From an uncultured Lachnospiraceae bacterium (GTDB lineage: Bacteria; Bacillota; Clostridia; Lachnospirales; Lachnospiraceae), in the NCBI GenBank assembly GCA_964545045.1, contig CAZJEN010000019.1:743-64742 (forward strand): a DNA stretch of 64,000 nucleotides. Reading direction: 5' to 3'. Made by a program: the position numbers and the translations under genes. Below are positions 26,795 to 37,263 of the stretch, in pieces (within the stretch, counting starts at the first letter, position 1; each line of letters begins with the position of its first letter). The notes beneath the pieces were generated by a model. That model was not told the DNA's origin, ran no database searches, and was given only the letters and a program-made list of their open reading frames with translations.

Positions 26795-29071
26795 CTAACG
26801 ATACCATTCCTTGTTGAAATCGTCGTAAATCGGATCATAGTTCTTGTCTTCTTCGAATACGGAAGTGGTCAGGTCGGACAAATCCAAGGTCGGTTCCTTG
26901 CCGTAGACGTGGTAATTAAAGTAATCAATCATATAATTCATGTCCTCGGCAATGACCGCATGACCTTCCTTATGAATGTTAATCGCAATGTTTTCCTTGA
27001 TTCCAAGGAACTCGTAAATGGACTGGGCAGCCTTATAGCACAGGTGCATGGACGGCGCATTTACCCAGTCTTCACTGATACAGGAACCGATGATAAAAAG
27101 GTAACGGTCCTCGTCGGCGCATAAGGATGCCAGCATGTACTGATCCATCGGCAGGTAGGTCACATCGGAGAAGTTTAAGAACATATCGTTAAACCAGCCC
27201 TGTTCGCCGGAGGACTGCAGGCTGCCCAGCGGTTCGTTGGCACCGTAGGTATAAGATGCCGGACCGTTTTCGGAGGAAAAGTCGTAATTTTTTCCTTCCG
27301 ACATATAGCGGTATATTGCAAGACCGCCGGCACCGGAACAGGACGGAGCCACCATTTTAAATCTCGGTTCAAAAGCACCGCAGACGGAAGCTGCTTTGCC
27401 CCAACGGGATACGCCGGTAACGATGGAGTTCTCGCTGTTGATGTGCAACTCCTCACCGAGTCCCGCTTCCAAGGCATCCAAAACTTTGGAGGCACCCCAG
27501 GACCAAGCCGACAGTACACCGGTTTGTTCCTTCCAACTGTCGCCGTACGGATACAGGTCGTAGAAGGCTCCTACATGCTTATTATCGTCGGAAGCAATTT
27601 CGTAGGTATTTAAAATCACGGTGGCATATCCTTTTTCTACCGCCAATTGTTCCTGAATACCGCTGTGCATGCCCACGATAACCGGCCAGCCGCCTTCCGG
27701 CATTTCGCATTTAGAAGCGTCCGGAACGGACACGGTGACGGTAAAGGAAGCAGTTCTGCCTTCCCGTTCTACGGTAATCTTTAACTTGTTGCCGTTTAAA
27801 TCATAGGTCAGGTTTTCACCGGTTCCGTCACGCCATACACCGTACATATAGTACTGGTACATGCCGTGGATTTCATCCGCACGCTTTTTCCAATCGGCAA
27901 CGGTTTCTACATAGCTGCCGTCTAAGAACAAATATGGGTCAGGAAGTCCGGCGTTTGCAGTCAGATTCTTTGCGGATACATAACCGCTGCCGTCGTTTAA
28001 TTGTCCTACGGCTTCTTTTAAGTCGGCCAGTGCCGTATCAACTTCTTCCTGGGTGGCAGCTTCGTTTGCCAAAACAGCTTCTGCCGTTTGCATCGGAGCA
28101 TTCAGAACCTCCGGATTGCCGTACAGGGAGAGGTTAAAGCCCTTTACCTGCTTTAAATAACCTTCCAGCTGTCCTTTCACAATCTTGTTTTCGGTGCTTT
28201 CCTTACAGGTCAGAATTAATTCTCCCATGGCGGACGGCTTCTCCCATGCGGAGCCGGATTTATCGAAAATATTTATTGTGCCCACGCGTGTGCCGCTGTT
28301 ACCTGCTTCGTTTACTTGCAGGTCAAATCCCATCACCGTTCCGTTTGCTGGAATGCTGCTCCACATAACACCGGACTCAATGATATAGCCGATTTTCTTG
28401 CCGGTTTCATCTTTCAGTATTTTGGTAGCGGTAACAAAACGTGTCGGGTCGCCGGCATCCGTACTTTGTTCGTTGTCGAAATTGACACGGTAATGGACAT
28501 CGTCTGCCTGATAGGAGCTTGCCTTGTCATTTAACTCGTCCAAGAAAACTTCTACGGAATCCTGCTCATAGGCGTTTCCGCTGGCTTTATTCAGCACGTC
28601 GTCCGTTACAACCGTTAAGGTATAAAGAAATCCTTCGTCCCAAAGAACTTTGAATACCGGAGCAGCCTTGACGGACGGAGAGGATTTGATTCCCGGATAA
28701 ACCGGTTCTGCATATTTCCAGACATCGTCGATTTCACCGTCCAAAACAGGAGAACCGTATACCGCATTGATTCTGCCGGCATCGTCAAATGCTGCGATTT
28801 TTGCTTCGGTCGGCAGCTCGATAATCGGAGCCTTAGTCGGTACGGGCGTAGCGGTCGGCTTTGGAGTGCTTGTCGGTACGGGCGTATTTGTTGGAGCCGG
28901 AGTGCTCGTCGGAGTCGGAGCCTCTGTCGAATCCGTGGCTTCGGTCGGAGTTACGTCTTCCGAAGGATTTTTCGTGCTCACCGGTTCGGTTTGGTTACAG
29001 GCGGCAAGGCATAAGACAGAAAATGCCAGAAGTGCCGTGAGTAACAATTTGTTTTTGCTTTTCATTCCCAT
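26795..29071 (-). CDS. Lipoprotein with a CBM9-like domain and a CE15 glucuronoyl esterase domain
   Basis: Lipobox LAAC; PT linker; DDVWKYAEP...DSVEVFLDE (CBM9-like); GVSRWGKAA (CE15 G-x-S-R-x-G nucleophile motif). Confidence 0.8.
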   Translation of the reverse strand: MGMKSKNKLLLTALLAFSVLCLAACNQTEPVSTKNPSEDVTPTEATDSTEAPTPTSTPAPTNTPVPTSTPKPTATPVPTKAPIIELPTEAKIAAFDDAGRINAVYGSPVLDGEIDDVWKYAEPVYPGIKSSPSVKAAPVFKVLWDEGFLYTLTVVTDDVLNKASGNAYEQDSVEVFLDELNDKASSYQADDVHYRVNFDNEQSTDAGDPTRFVTATKILKDETGKKIGYIIESGVMWSSIPANGTVMGFDLQVNEAGNSGTRVGTINIFDKSGSAWEKPSAMGELILTCKESTENKIVKGQLEGYLKQVKGFNLSLYGNPEVLNAPMQTAEAVLANEAATQEEVDTALADLKEAVGQLNDGSGYVSAKNLTANAGLPDPYLFLDGSYVETVADWKKRADEIHGMYQYYMYGVWRDGTGENLTYDLNGNKLKITVEREGRTASFTVTVSVPDASKCEMPEGGWPVIVGMHSGIQEQLAVEKGYATVILNTYEIASDDNKHVGAFYDLYPYGDSWKEQTGVLSAWSWGASKVLDALEAGLGEELHINSENSIVTGVSRWGKAASVCGAFEPRFKMVAPSCSGAGGLAIYRYMSEGKNYDFSSENGPASYTYGANEPLGSLQSSGEQGWFNDMFLNFSDVTYLPMDQYMLASLCADEDRYLFIIGSCISEDWVNAPSMHLCYKAAQSIYEFLGIKENIAINIHKEGHAVIAEDMNYMIDYFNYHVYGKEPTLDLSDLTTSVFEEDKNYDPIYDDFNKEWYR

Positions 29072-29304
29072 TTTATCCTTTCGTTGTTTTGTTTGAAAAA
29101 ACTACAGTGCTATTGTACTATAGTCGGGACCTTTTGGCTAGTGTTATTTTGTTAATTAGACAACTATTTTGCTTATTTTCTGTTTATAACTTACACTTTA
29201 TCTTGGGTCATTGTGAAAATGCGGTTGTTTCCTTGCATGAAATGTGCTATCATAAAAATAAGTATATTTTGCTTGCAAAAGATAGCAGTGAAAGGAGATT
29301 TACC

Positions 29305-32154
29305 ATGGGTTTTAAGCTGGTTCACGGGAGCAGTGCGGTACCGTTTGTTGTAGAGAAGGAAGCATTTGAGGGTGTGCGCCTCGTTGCGGAAAAGGTTTGT
29401 AAGGATGTACAGTTGGTATCGGGGAAGCTACCGAAGGTAGAACAGCCGAAGAAGGTGAAGAAACCGTCCGGCTGTGTGTTGGCGGCAACGGTGGGACAGA
29501 GCCCGATTCTTGACTTGTATGAGAGCGAGGGACTTCTTGATTTGTCCGATATTAAGGGCAAAAGAGAGGTTTATAAGATTGCTGTGGTAGGAGACGGAAA
29601 CAAGGCTGTTTTAGTGGTGGCCGGCAGTGATAAGCGCGGTACCATTTACGGTCTGTTCCATATTTCCGAATGTATCGGTGTATCTCATTTGGTGTACTGG
29701 GCGGATGTGCTGCCGGTAAAATGCAAGGAGCCGACGGTGGCGGATGCGCAGATGATTACGTCCAAAGAGCCGTCCGTAAAGTACAGAGGTTTCTTTATTA
29801 ATGATGAGTGGCCGTCCTTCGGGGGCTGGACCTGTGAGAAGTTCGGCGGTTTTAACGCAAAGATGTACGAGCATGTATTTGAACTGTTGCTACGTATGAA
29901 GGGTAATTATTTATGGCCGGCAATGTGGTCCGCATCCTTCCCGCTTGACGGGCCGGGACTGGCAAACGCAGAACTGGCGGATACATACGGTATTGTTATG
30001 GGGACCTCTCATCATGAGCCTTGTCTTCGTGCCAGTGAGGAGTGGGACAAGGTAAGAGGTCCGGAGACCCGCTTCGGAGACGAATGGAATTATTATACCA
30101 ATCGTGACGGCCTGTTAAAGTATTGGGAAGAGGGACTTGCCCGCAGCGGTAAGTTTGAGAATATTATTACCATCGGTATGCGCGGCGAGCGTGATACCTC
30201 CATGCTGGGACCGGATGCAACTCTGGAGCAGAATATCAGCCTGTTAAAGGATATTATTACGGAGCAGAGAAAGTTGATTGCCAAGTATGTGGATGAGGAT
30301 ACCTCGAAAGTGCCGCAGATGCTGGCTCTGTACAAAGAGGTAGAGGAGTATTTCTACGGTGACGCCGAGACCGCGGGACTTAAGGATTGGGACGGTTTGG
30401 ACGGCGTGACCTTAATGCTTTGTGAGGATAACTTCGGTAATATGCGTACGCTTCCGAAGAAGGAGTTCCGTGAGCATAAGGGCGGCTTCGGTATGTATTA
30501 TCACTTTGACTACCATGGAGGTCCGGTGTCCTATGAATGGGTAAACTCTACGCCGATTGCAAAGGTTTGGGAGCAGATGTCCATGGCCTATGATTACGGG
30601 ATTCGTGACATTTGGATTGTGAATGTAGGTGATTTAAAGCCGCAGGAGTTCCCGCTTTCCTATTTCATGAATCTTGCTTATGATTTCGAGAAGAACGGTA
30701 CTGCAGCTCCGAATCAGACGGAAGCTTTTACGGACGCATTTGTAAAGGCACAGTTTTCCGGCGGTTTTAATGAAGAGGAACTAAACGAGATTTCCTACAT
30801 TTTGAAGGAGTATACCAGATTAAACGGTATGCGTCGTCCGGAGGTTATGGCGGCAAATATTTATCATCCGGTACATTACGGAGAGACGGAGAAAATCCGT
30901 GCCAGAGCGCAGAAGCTTGCGGAAACCGCTACAAAGCTGTATGTTTCCTGTAAGAAGGAGTACAAGGCGGCGTTCTGTCAGTTGGTGTATTTCCCGGCAG
31001 TGGCTTCCGCAAATGTGATTCAGATGCAGACAGCCTCCGGCCTGAATCAGTATTATGCAAGATGGGGAATGACAGTGGCAAATCGTTATGCCAAGGAAAT
31101 CGAAAGTGCTATTGTAAGAGACACGGAGTTGACCGAGGAGTATCACAAGACAGCGGACGGAAAGTGGAACCACATGATGTCTTCCGCACATATCGGCTTC
31201 CGTGCATGGAACGATGAAGGCTGGCAGTATCCGGTAGCACAGACTGTATACGGAGTAAAGGGCGCAAGACCGGCGGTTCGTGTGTACGGAGAAGGAAGAG
31301 TTTACCTTGGCGGAAGTATTGCGGTTACCACGCCGAGAGCCGGCGGAGCAGTTCGTGTGGAGCTGTTAAACGGCGGTGCGGCTAAGGTTGAGTTTTCTGC
31401 GGTTGCGGAAGGTGAGTGCTCCGTGGATACGGAAAAGGGCGCTTATGAGTTGAACGCTTGGCTTACGGTAAATGTGGCCGGCGGTGAAGCGGGAGCAGCC
31501 GGTACGGTGAAGATTTTCGCAAACGGAAGAACTTTTGAGCTTAAGATAGAACGTGTAGCTCCGGCGCTTGTAAAGCTTAAGAAGGAGAGTTTTGCGGAGG
31601 ATTATAGGAAGCAGGTACAGGGCATCGGTGAATACGTAGTATTTGAAGCCGGAGATTTTGCGGAAAGTCGTAAGGCAGGCAATGCAGAGTACAAGCTTTT
31701 GACAAATTACGGACGTACGAAGGATTCCGTAAAGGTATATCCGACGACGGAAAGTTTTACGGCAGAACAGGCTGCGAAGCACGAGACGGCAGAACTGGCG
31801 TATATGTTTGAGGCGGCACGGGAAGGACAGTACGGAGTGTCGATATATGTTTCTCCGACCAATCCGCTCTACCCGGGAGATGAGCAGCGTCTGGCACTTA
31901 CAGCAAACGACGAAACAACAGAGGTGTTTTCTACGCTTCCGAAAAACTTTCTGGCAGGAAATTGCTGGAATGCGGAATGGAATAATAATGTATTGGATAA
32001 CATTAGAGAATGTAAGCTGACTGTAACGTTAAAGAAAGGGGAAAACCGCCTGACTGTGGGTGCGGTGGATGCCGGAGTGGTTGTACAGAAGATTGTTGTG
32101 TACCCGCTTGCAAAGCCGTTTAAGGAGTCCTACCTCGGTCCGTGTGGAGAATAA
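29305..32154 (+). CDS. Glycoside hydrolase family 115 (xylan alpha-glucuronidase-like)
   Basis: ATG 29305 after AAAGGAG; ~950 aa; N-terminal pattern typical of GH115. The 72-codon upstream ORF extension has no RBS and is AT-rich. Confidence 0.75.
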   Translation: MGFKLVHGSSAVPFVVEKEAFEGVRLVAEKVCKDVQLVSGKLPKVEQPKKVKKPSGCVLAATVGQSPILDLYESEGLLDLSDIKGKREVYKIAVVGDGNKAVLVVAGSDKRGTIYGLFHISECIGVSHLVYWADVLPVKCKEPTVADAQMITSKEPSVKYRGFFINDEWPSFGGWTCEKFGGFNAKMYEHVFELLLRMKGNYLWPAMWSASFPLDGPGLANAELADTYGIVMGTSHHEPCLRASEEWDKVRGPETRFGDEWNYYTNRDGLLKYWEEGLARSGKFENIITIGMRGERDTSMLGPDATLEQNISLLKDIITEQRKLIAKYVDEDTSKVPQMLALYKEVEEYFYGDAETAGLKDWDGLDGVTLMLCEDNFGNMRTLPKKEFREHKGGFGMYYHFDYHGGPVSYEWVNSTPIAKVWEQMSMAYDYGIRDIWIVNVGDLKPQEFPLSYFMNLAYDFEKNGTAAPNQTEAFTDAFVKAQFSGGFNEEELNEISYILKEYTRLNGMRRPEVMAANIYHPVHYGETEKIRARAQKLAETATKLYVSCKKEYKAAFCQLVYFPAVASANVIQMQTASGLNQYYARWGMTVANRYAKEIESAIVRDTELTEEYHKTADGKWNHMMSSAHIGFRAWNDEGWQYPVAQTVYGVKGARPAVRVYGEGRVYLGGSIAVTTPRAGGAVRVELLNGGAAKVEFSAVAEGECSVDTEKGAYELNAWLTVNVAGGEAGAAGTVKIFANGRTFELKIERVAPALVKLKKESFAEDYRKQVQGIGEYVVFEAGDFAESRKAGNAEYKLLTNYGRTKDSVKVYPTTESFTAEQAAKHETAELAYMFEAAREGQYGVSIYVSPTNPLYPGDEQRLALTANDETTEVFSTLPKNFLAGNCWNAEWNNNVLDNIRECKLTVTLKKGENRLTVGAVDAGVVVQKIVVYPLAKPFKESYLGPCGE

Positions 32155-32157
32155 ACT

Positions 32158-32820
32158 ATGAGTAGTATTACGTATGAAGCAGTAAAAGCAAACCCAAGTG
32201 TGGAAACCTATATCAAGAAGGCGGATGAGTCTTTAAAGGCTCTCGGCTATACGGAGCATAGCTTTGCACATGTGACAAAGGTTGCGGTGGTGGCCAGCGA
32301 TATTTTACAAACTCTCGGTTACAGCGAACGGGAAATTGAACTGGCGAAGATTGCGGGATATCTGCATGATATCGGCAATGTGATTAATCGTATCGACCAT
32401 GCCCAGAGCGGTGCAGTGATGGCGTTCCGTATTTTGGATAAGATGGGCGCGGACGACGAGGATATTGCTACCATTATTACCGCCATCGGTAATCATGACG
32501 AGTCTACCGCTTATCCGGTGAATCCGGTAGCGGCGGCGCTTATTTTGGCGGACAAGACGGACGTGCGCTATACCCGTGTCCGCAATCAGGATTTTGCGAC
32601 CTTTGATATTCACGACCGTGTGAATTATTCCGTAAAGGAGTCTGAAGTGATTGTGCGCAAGGGTGAGTGTATCGAGCTGAAGCTGACCATTGATACCAAA
32701 GAGTGCTCGGTGGCCAATTATTTCGAGATTTTCTTAAATCGTATGATTCTTTGTAAGAAGGCAGCAGAACGGTTAAATCATGCCTTTCGCCTGGTGATTA
32801 ACGGACAACAGCTGATGTAA
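32158..32820 (+). CDS. HD-domain phosphohydrolase
   Basis: GYLHDIGN and GNHDE motifs. Confidence 0.75.
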   Translation: MSSITYEAVKANPSVETYIKKADESLKALGYTEHSFAHVTKVAVVASDILQTLGYSEREIELAKIAGYLHDIGNVINRIDHAQSGAVMAFRILDKMGADDEDIATIITAIGNHDESTAYPVNPVAAALILADKTDVRYTRVRNQDFATFDIHDRVNYSVKESEVIVRKGECIELKLTIDTKECSVANYFEIFLNRMILCKKAAERLNHAFRLVINGQQLM

Positions 32821-32832
32821 TTTGTTTTTTTG

Positions 32833-32875
32833 AAAGCGGACCTCGGACCGGTTGGATCCGGGTGTCCGCTTTTTG
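32833..32875 (+). terminator. Rho-independent terminator
   Basis: AAAGCGGAC ... GTCCGCTTTTTG. Confidence 0.75.
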
Positions 32876-32898
32876 CGAATACAAAGGAGGGGAAGCCT

Positions 32899-34593
32899 AT
32901 GGTGACATGGTTTTATCTGGCAGTACTTGTTGTTGCGGTCTTTATGACCGGAAGTATTTTGCTTAAGAATCGTAAAGTAGATAATGCGTTCATTTTGTTC
33001 GGCATTTTGTTAACCGTGAATTGTGCGGGACAATATATGCTGGCTGTTTCGCAGACGGTGGAAAGTGCGGTTTGGGCAAATAAGATTATGTATGTGGGAG
33101 GATGCTATCTGCCTTTTGTGGTTTTTCTTGTTGTGACAAGATTATGTAATATAAGAGTAAACCGCTATTTCAAATTATTTTTGTTAGGATATGCGACACT
33201 TGTTCTTGCCTTTGTTGTGACCATAGGTCATAATGAATTATATTATGTGTCGGTGGAATTGGTACATGGAAACGGCTTCAATTATTTGATAAAAGAATAC
33301 GGACCGTTTCATGTACTGTACCCGGTTATGATGATAGTGTACAGTGTCATGTTGATTTCGTTTGTGGGGTATGCAATCAAGAAACGAAAAGAGATTCCGA
33401 CACGTACGGTAGTGACCATGAGTTGCCTTTGTTCCGCAATGTTCCTTACCTATATTTTAGAACGGGTTTTGAAATCGGAGGTCAGCTTTCTCCCGGTTGG
33501 ATATATCATTGGAATGACGCTTCTTATGCGATACTTTGACCGGATTAATATGTATGATATGTCTGCGAATATTGTAAGTTCTATAGAAAAACTGCAGGAA
33601 TATGGTTATATCGTAATCGACAATAAGTGTCGGTATGTCAGTGCAAACAATAATATTAAAGCTTTGTTTCCGGAGGTAAAGAACTGGGTGATTGATAAGG
33701 TAATACCGGCTTCGGACAGTTGTTTGTATCAGAAAGTAATACGAGGCTTGTTACGTGATGACGATGAAATAAGAACAAGCCGGACCATTACGGTGGATGA
33801 CCGATATTTTCAAATAGAGGTGAGGGAGTTAACACACGGGAGAAAGGCATTTGCCGGATTTTTAATTGAATTTATTGACCGAACCACCGAACGTAAATAT
33901 TATAATGCCATTGAAGAGTACAATTCCAAACTGGAAAAGGAAGTGGAAGATAAAACAGAGCATATTACCTATATTAAAGATATGATGGTGCTTGGTATGG
34001 CGGAAATGGTGGAAAACCGGGACAGTAACACCGGAGGTCATATTAAGCGGACCAGTGAAGTGGTACATATCTTTGCGGAACGGCTGATGAAGGATAAGGA
34101 GAGATTCGGACTCTCCGGGGAGTTTTTAAAGCTTGTGATAAAAGCGGCACCGATGCATGATTTGGGTAAAGTAGCCATTGATGATGCGGTATTACGTAAG
34201 CCGGGGAAGTATACGGATGAGGAGTACGCGGAGATGAAGCGTCATTCCGCGGAAGGTGCCCGGATTGTGGAAAGTATTCTGCAGGGGGTGGAGGATGATG
34301 CCTTTGTGGAAGTGGCAAAGAATGTGGCGCATTATCATCATGAGAAATGGAACGGCTTCGGGTATCCGATGGGAAAGGCAGGGACGGAAATTCCTGTGGA
34401 GGCCCGCATTATGGCACTGGCGGATGTATTTGATGCATTGGTAAGTAAGCGTTGTTATAAGGAGGCGTTTTCCTACGACGAGGCATTTAATATTATGGAA
34501 GAGTCCATGGGACAGCATTTTGACCCGGAGTTGGGTCGCGTTTTTATGGAGTGCAGACAGGAACTGGAAGCGTTCTATAATCAGAATAAGTAA
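32899..34593 (+). CDS. Multi-pass membrane sensor with a C-terminal HD-GYP domain (c-di-GMP phosphodiesterase family)
   Basis: ATG after AAGGAGGGG; ~7 N-terminal TM helices; HDLGK ... HHEKWNGFGYP signature. Confidence 0.8.
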   Translation: MVTWFYLAVLVVAVFMTGSILLKNRKVDNAFILFGILLTVNCAGQYMLAVSQTVESAVWANKIMYVGGCYLPFVVFLVVTRLCNIRVNRYFKLFLLGYATLVLAFVVTIGHNELYYVSVELVHGNGFNYLIKEYGPFHVLYPVMMIVYSVMLISFVGYAIKKRKEIPTRTVVTMSCLCSAMFLTYILERVLKSEVSFLPVGYIIGMTLLMRYFDRINMYDMSANIVSSIEKLQEYGYIVIDNKCRYVSANNNIKALFPEVKNWVIDKVIPASDSCLYQKVIRGLLRDDDEIRTSRTITVDDRYFQIEVRELTHGRKAFAGFLIEFIDRTTERKYYNAIEEYNSKLEKEVEDKTEHITYIKDMMVLGMAEMVENRDSNTGGHIKRTSEVVHIFAERLMKDKERFGLSGEFLKLVIKAAPMHDLGKVAIDDAVLRKPGKYTDEEYAEMKRHSAEGARIVESILQGVEDDAFVEVAKNVAHYHHEKWNGFGYPMGKAGTEIPVEARIMALADVFDALVSKRCYKEAFSYDEAFNIMEESMGQHFDPELGRVFMECRQELEAFYNQNK

Positions 34594-34693
34594 CAGATAT
34601 AAGATTTTTTCACGTTACTGTAAAAAAGTGCTTGCATTCTAAGAAAAGAAGAGTTACAATATTTGTCATATTAGTAAGAAAGGCAGGGCGCAG

Positions 34694-35188
34694 ATGAAGC
34701 TGATTGCTACCGTAGATAACAATTGGGCCATCGGAAATCGAGGTGGACGACTGGTTCGTATTCCGACGGATGAGCGTTTCTTTCGTTTTGAGACTATGTA
34801 CAAGACCGTGGTAATGGGACGCTGTGTGCAGGAGGAGTTTTCCGCAGGACAGCCGCCTCGTGATCGTAACAACATCATTTTAACGAAGAAGAAAGACCTG
34901 AAGTTAAATGATGTAACGGTGGTGCATAGCTTTGAGGAAGCCATGGAAGCCATCTCAAAGTATCCGACCGATCAGGTGTATGTCATCGGAGGAGCATCGG
35001 TGTTTGAACAGTTTTTGCCGTACTGCGACGAAGCCTTTATTACAAAGATTGATTATGAATATGATGCGGACACGTATTTCCTGAATCTGGATAAGGATCC
35101 GGAGTGGGAGCTGGCAGATGTTTCCGACGAGCAGACCTATTATGATTTGATTTACGAGCGTTGCCGTTATGTCCGTAAGAAAAAGTAA
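34694..35188 (+). CDS. folA: Dihydrofolate reductase
   Basis: 164 aa; IATVDNNWAIG ... VVMGR ... VIGGASVFEQF pattern. Confidence 0.85.
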   Translation: MKLIATVDNNWAIGNRGGRLVRIPTDERFFRFETMYKTVVMGRCVQEEFSAGQPPRDRNNIILTKKKDLKLNDVTVVHSFEEAMEAISKYPTDQVYVIGGASVFEQFLPYCDEAFITKIDYEYDADTYFLNLDKDPEWELADVSDEQTYYDLIYERCRYVRKKK

Positions 35189-35204
35189 GCAGGAGGATAG
35201 AATT

Positions 35205-36275
35205 ATGTTAAACATCAGAATCGAGAAAACTACCAATCCGAAGCCGTTGCCGACTCCGGAGGACCCGTTAAAGTTCGGTACCATTTTTACCGACCACATG
35301 TTTATTATGAATTATGAGACCGGCAAGGGCTGGTTCGACCCGCGTGTCGTACCGTACCAGCCGATCGTTTTAGAGCCGTCCGCAATGGTATTCCATTACG
35401 GTCAGGAAATGTTCGAGGGCTTAAAGGCGTATCGTGCCGATGACGGCAGAGTGCTTTTGTTCCGTCCGGACATGAACGCAAAGCGTACCAACAACACCAA
35501 CAAGAGATTGTGCATTCCGGAACTTCCGATTGAGGATTTCGTAGAGGCTGTTAAGGCTGTGGTTAAGGTAGATGAGGCATGGGTTCCGAATAAGCCGGGT
35601 ACTTCCCTGTACATTCGTCCGTTCATCATCGCAACCGACCCGTTCCTCGGTGTACGTCCGTCCGATACATACCAGTTCATCATCATCCTTTCCCCGGTTG
35701 GACCGTACTATCCGGAAGGTCTTAACCCGGTTAAGATTTGGATTGAGGATGACTATGTAAGAGCCGTAAAGGGCGGTATCGGTGAGGCAAAGACCGGCGG
35801 TAACTACGTGGCTTCCATGGCAGCACAGATGAAGGCACATGACGCAGGTTACTCTCAGGTATTGTGGCTTGACGGCGTAGAGCGTAAGTACATCGAAGAA
35901 GTAGGCGCAATGAACATCTTCTTCAAGATTAACGGCACCATCGTAACCCCGATGTTAAACGGCAGTATCTTACCGGGTATCACCAGAAACTCCGTTATTG
36001 AGCTTTGTAAGGAGTGGGGACTTCCTGTAGAGGAGCGTCGTGTTTCCGCACAGGAGCTTGTAGACGCTTACGAGGCAGGTACTTTGGAGGAAGTATTCGG
36101 TACCGGTACCGCAGCGGTTATTTCTCCGGTAGGTGCACTTCGTTTCGGTGACCGCGTAATGCAGATTAAGGACGGTTCCATCGGCGAGTACAGCCAGAAG
36201 CTGTACGACACCATCACCGGCATCCAGCTTGGTAAGATTAAGGAAACCAAGGGCTGGGTAGTTGAGGTTAAGTAA
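35205..36275 (+). CDS. ilvE: Branched-chain amino acid aminotransferase
   Basis: ATG 35205 after AGGAGG; FGTIFTDHMF, YHYGQEMFEGLKAY and the GGNY region. Confidence 0.9.
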   Translation: MLNIRIEKTTNPKPLPTPEDPLKFGTIFTDHMFIMNYETGKGWFDPRVVPYQPIVLEPSAMVFHYGQEMFEGLKAYRADDGRVLLFRPDMNAKRTNNTNKRLCIPELPIEDFVEAVKAVVKVDEAWVPNKPGTSLYIRPFIIATDPFLGVRPSDTYQFIIILSPVGPYYPEGLNPVKIWIEDDYVRAVKGGIGEAKTGGNYVASMAAQMKAHDAGYSQVLWLDGVERKYIEEVGAMNIFFKINGTIVTPMLNGSILPGITRNSVIELCKEWGLPVEERRVSAQELVDAYEAGTLEEVFGTGTAAVISPVGALRFGDRVMQIKDGSIGEYSQKLYDTITGIQLGKIKETKGWVVEVK

Positions 36276-36294
36276 GAGAATAGCAGAATTATAC

Positions 36295-36328
36295 GGCGGT
36301 GTATCTCGGAAGGGGTACACTGCCTTTT
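36295..36328 (+). terminator. Rho-independent terminator of ilvE
   Basis: GGCGGTGTA ... TACACTGCC followed by TTTT. Confidence 0.6.
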
Positions 36329-36400
36329 CCATATTTATTATGTTAACGGAAAATAATATATGTTATGATATACTTTTATAGAGGCGGAGGAAATCGTGAT

Positions 36401-37171
36401 ATGTGTGTGGAGCATTCAGAAAGATGGAAAGCAATCGTTTTAGATTTGGATGAAACTCTTTTGCATTCGGACGGCAGTGTTTCGGAATATACATTAGAGA
36501 TACTGCACGAATGTAAAAAAAGAGGAATAGTTGTCGTTGTGGCAACAGCAAGATTTTGGTTTAAAGCAGAGAAGTATTTAAATATTATTTTACCTGACTA
36601 TGCAATATTGGCAGACGGGACACAAATCTATCATGCCGGGGAAATGATTCATGGCTACGAAATGGATAAATCACAGAGTAGCGGAATTATAAATGAATTA
36701 CTGAAAAAAGAAGAGTTTGATTTTGTGGTAAGTGTAGGGAAACAGCTGTTATGTTCCGGAGGTGGGATAGAGGAGAAATGGCGCAAGTCCGTAAATTTTA
36801 AAGACTCGTTGGAAGCTCCGGTTTATAAAATAGCAGCAATACTCAAGGGATACGAGGAAGCAAAAGAATTGGCTGAAAACTATGATTGTCGCTTGTATTC
36901 TTACCGTGGTGAAGACTTATATGGATTTGCAAGCAGTAAATCGGGGAAGTATCAGGCGGTTTTGGCTTTGGGAAAAATACTTCACATTAATCCGGAAGAA
37001 ATGATTGCCTTTGGTGATGATGAAAACGATTATGAGATATTAAAAAACGTGGGAAAAGGTGTGGCGGTAAATAATGCAATTCCTATGATAAGGGAGGTTG
37101 CCGATGATATTACCGAAAGCAATAATGACGATGGGGTTGCAAAGTATATAGAGAAATTACTAAGCAAGTGA
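36401..37171 (+). CDS. Cof-type HAD-IIB hydrolase
   Basis: IVLDLDETLL motif I; FGDDENDYEIL motif IV. Confidence 0.8.
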   Translation: MCVEHSERWKAIVLDLDETLLHSDGSVSEYTLEILHECKKRGIVVVVATARFWFKAEKYLNIILPDYAILADGTQIYHAGEMIHGYEMDKSQSSGIINELLKKEEFDFVVSVGKQLLCSGGGIEEKWRKSVNFKDSLEAPVYKIAAILKGYEEAKELAENYDCRLYSYRGEDLYGFASSKSGKYQAVLALGKILHINPEEMIAFGDDENDYEILKNVGKGVAVNNAIPMIREVADDITESNNDDGVAKYIEKLLSK

Positions 37172-37263
37172 TAGTCTTGGATGAGGAAGTGAAGAGGTTG
37201 TGAAAACAATGAACGGGATTTATGAGAAACTGTGGGAGGAGTATGAGAAGTTGATCCGATAGA

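Noticed and set aside
26645-27124. 159-aa plus-strand ORF
   Set aside because: It overlaps the 3' end of the CE15 gene on the opposite strand and the inter-gene terminator. It shows no motif.
29089-29304. 72-codon extension of the GH115 ORF
   Set aside because: It lies in the AT-rich divergent promoter region, begins with TTG and has no RBS. ATG 29305 follows AAAGGAG.
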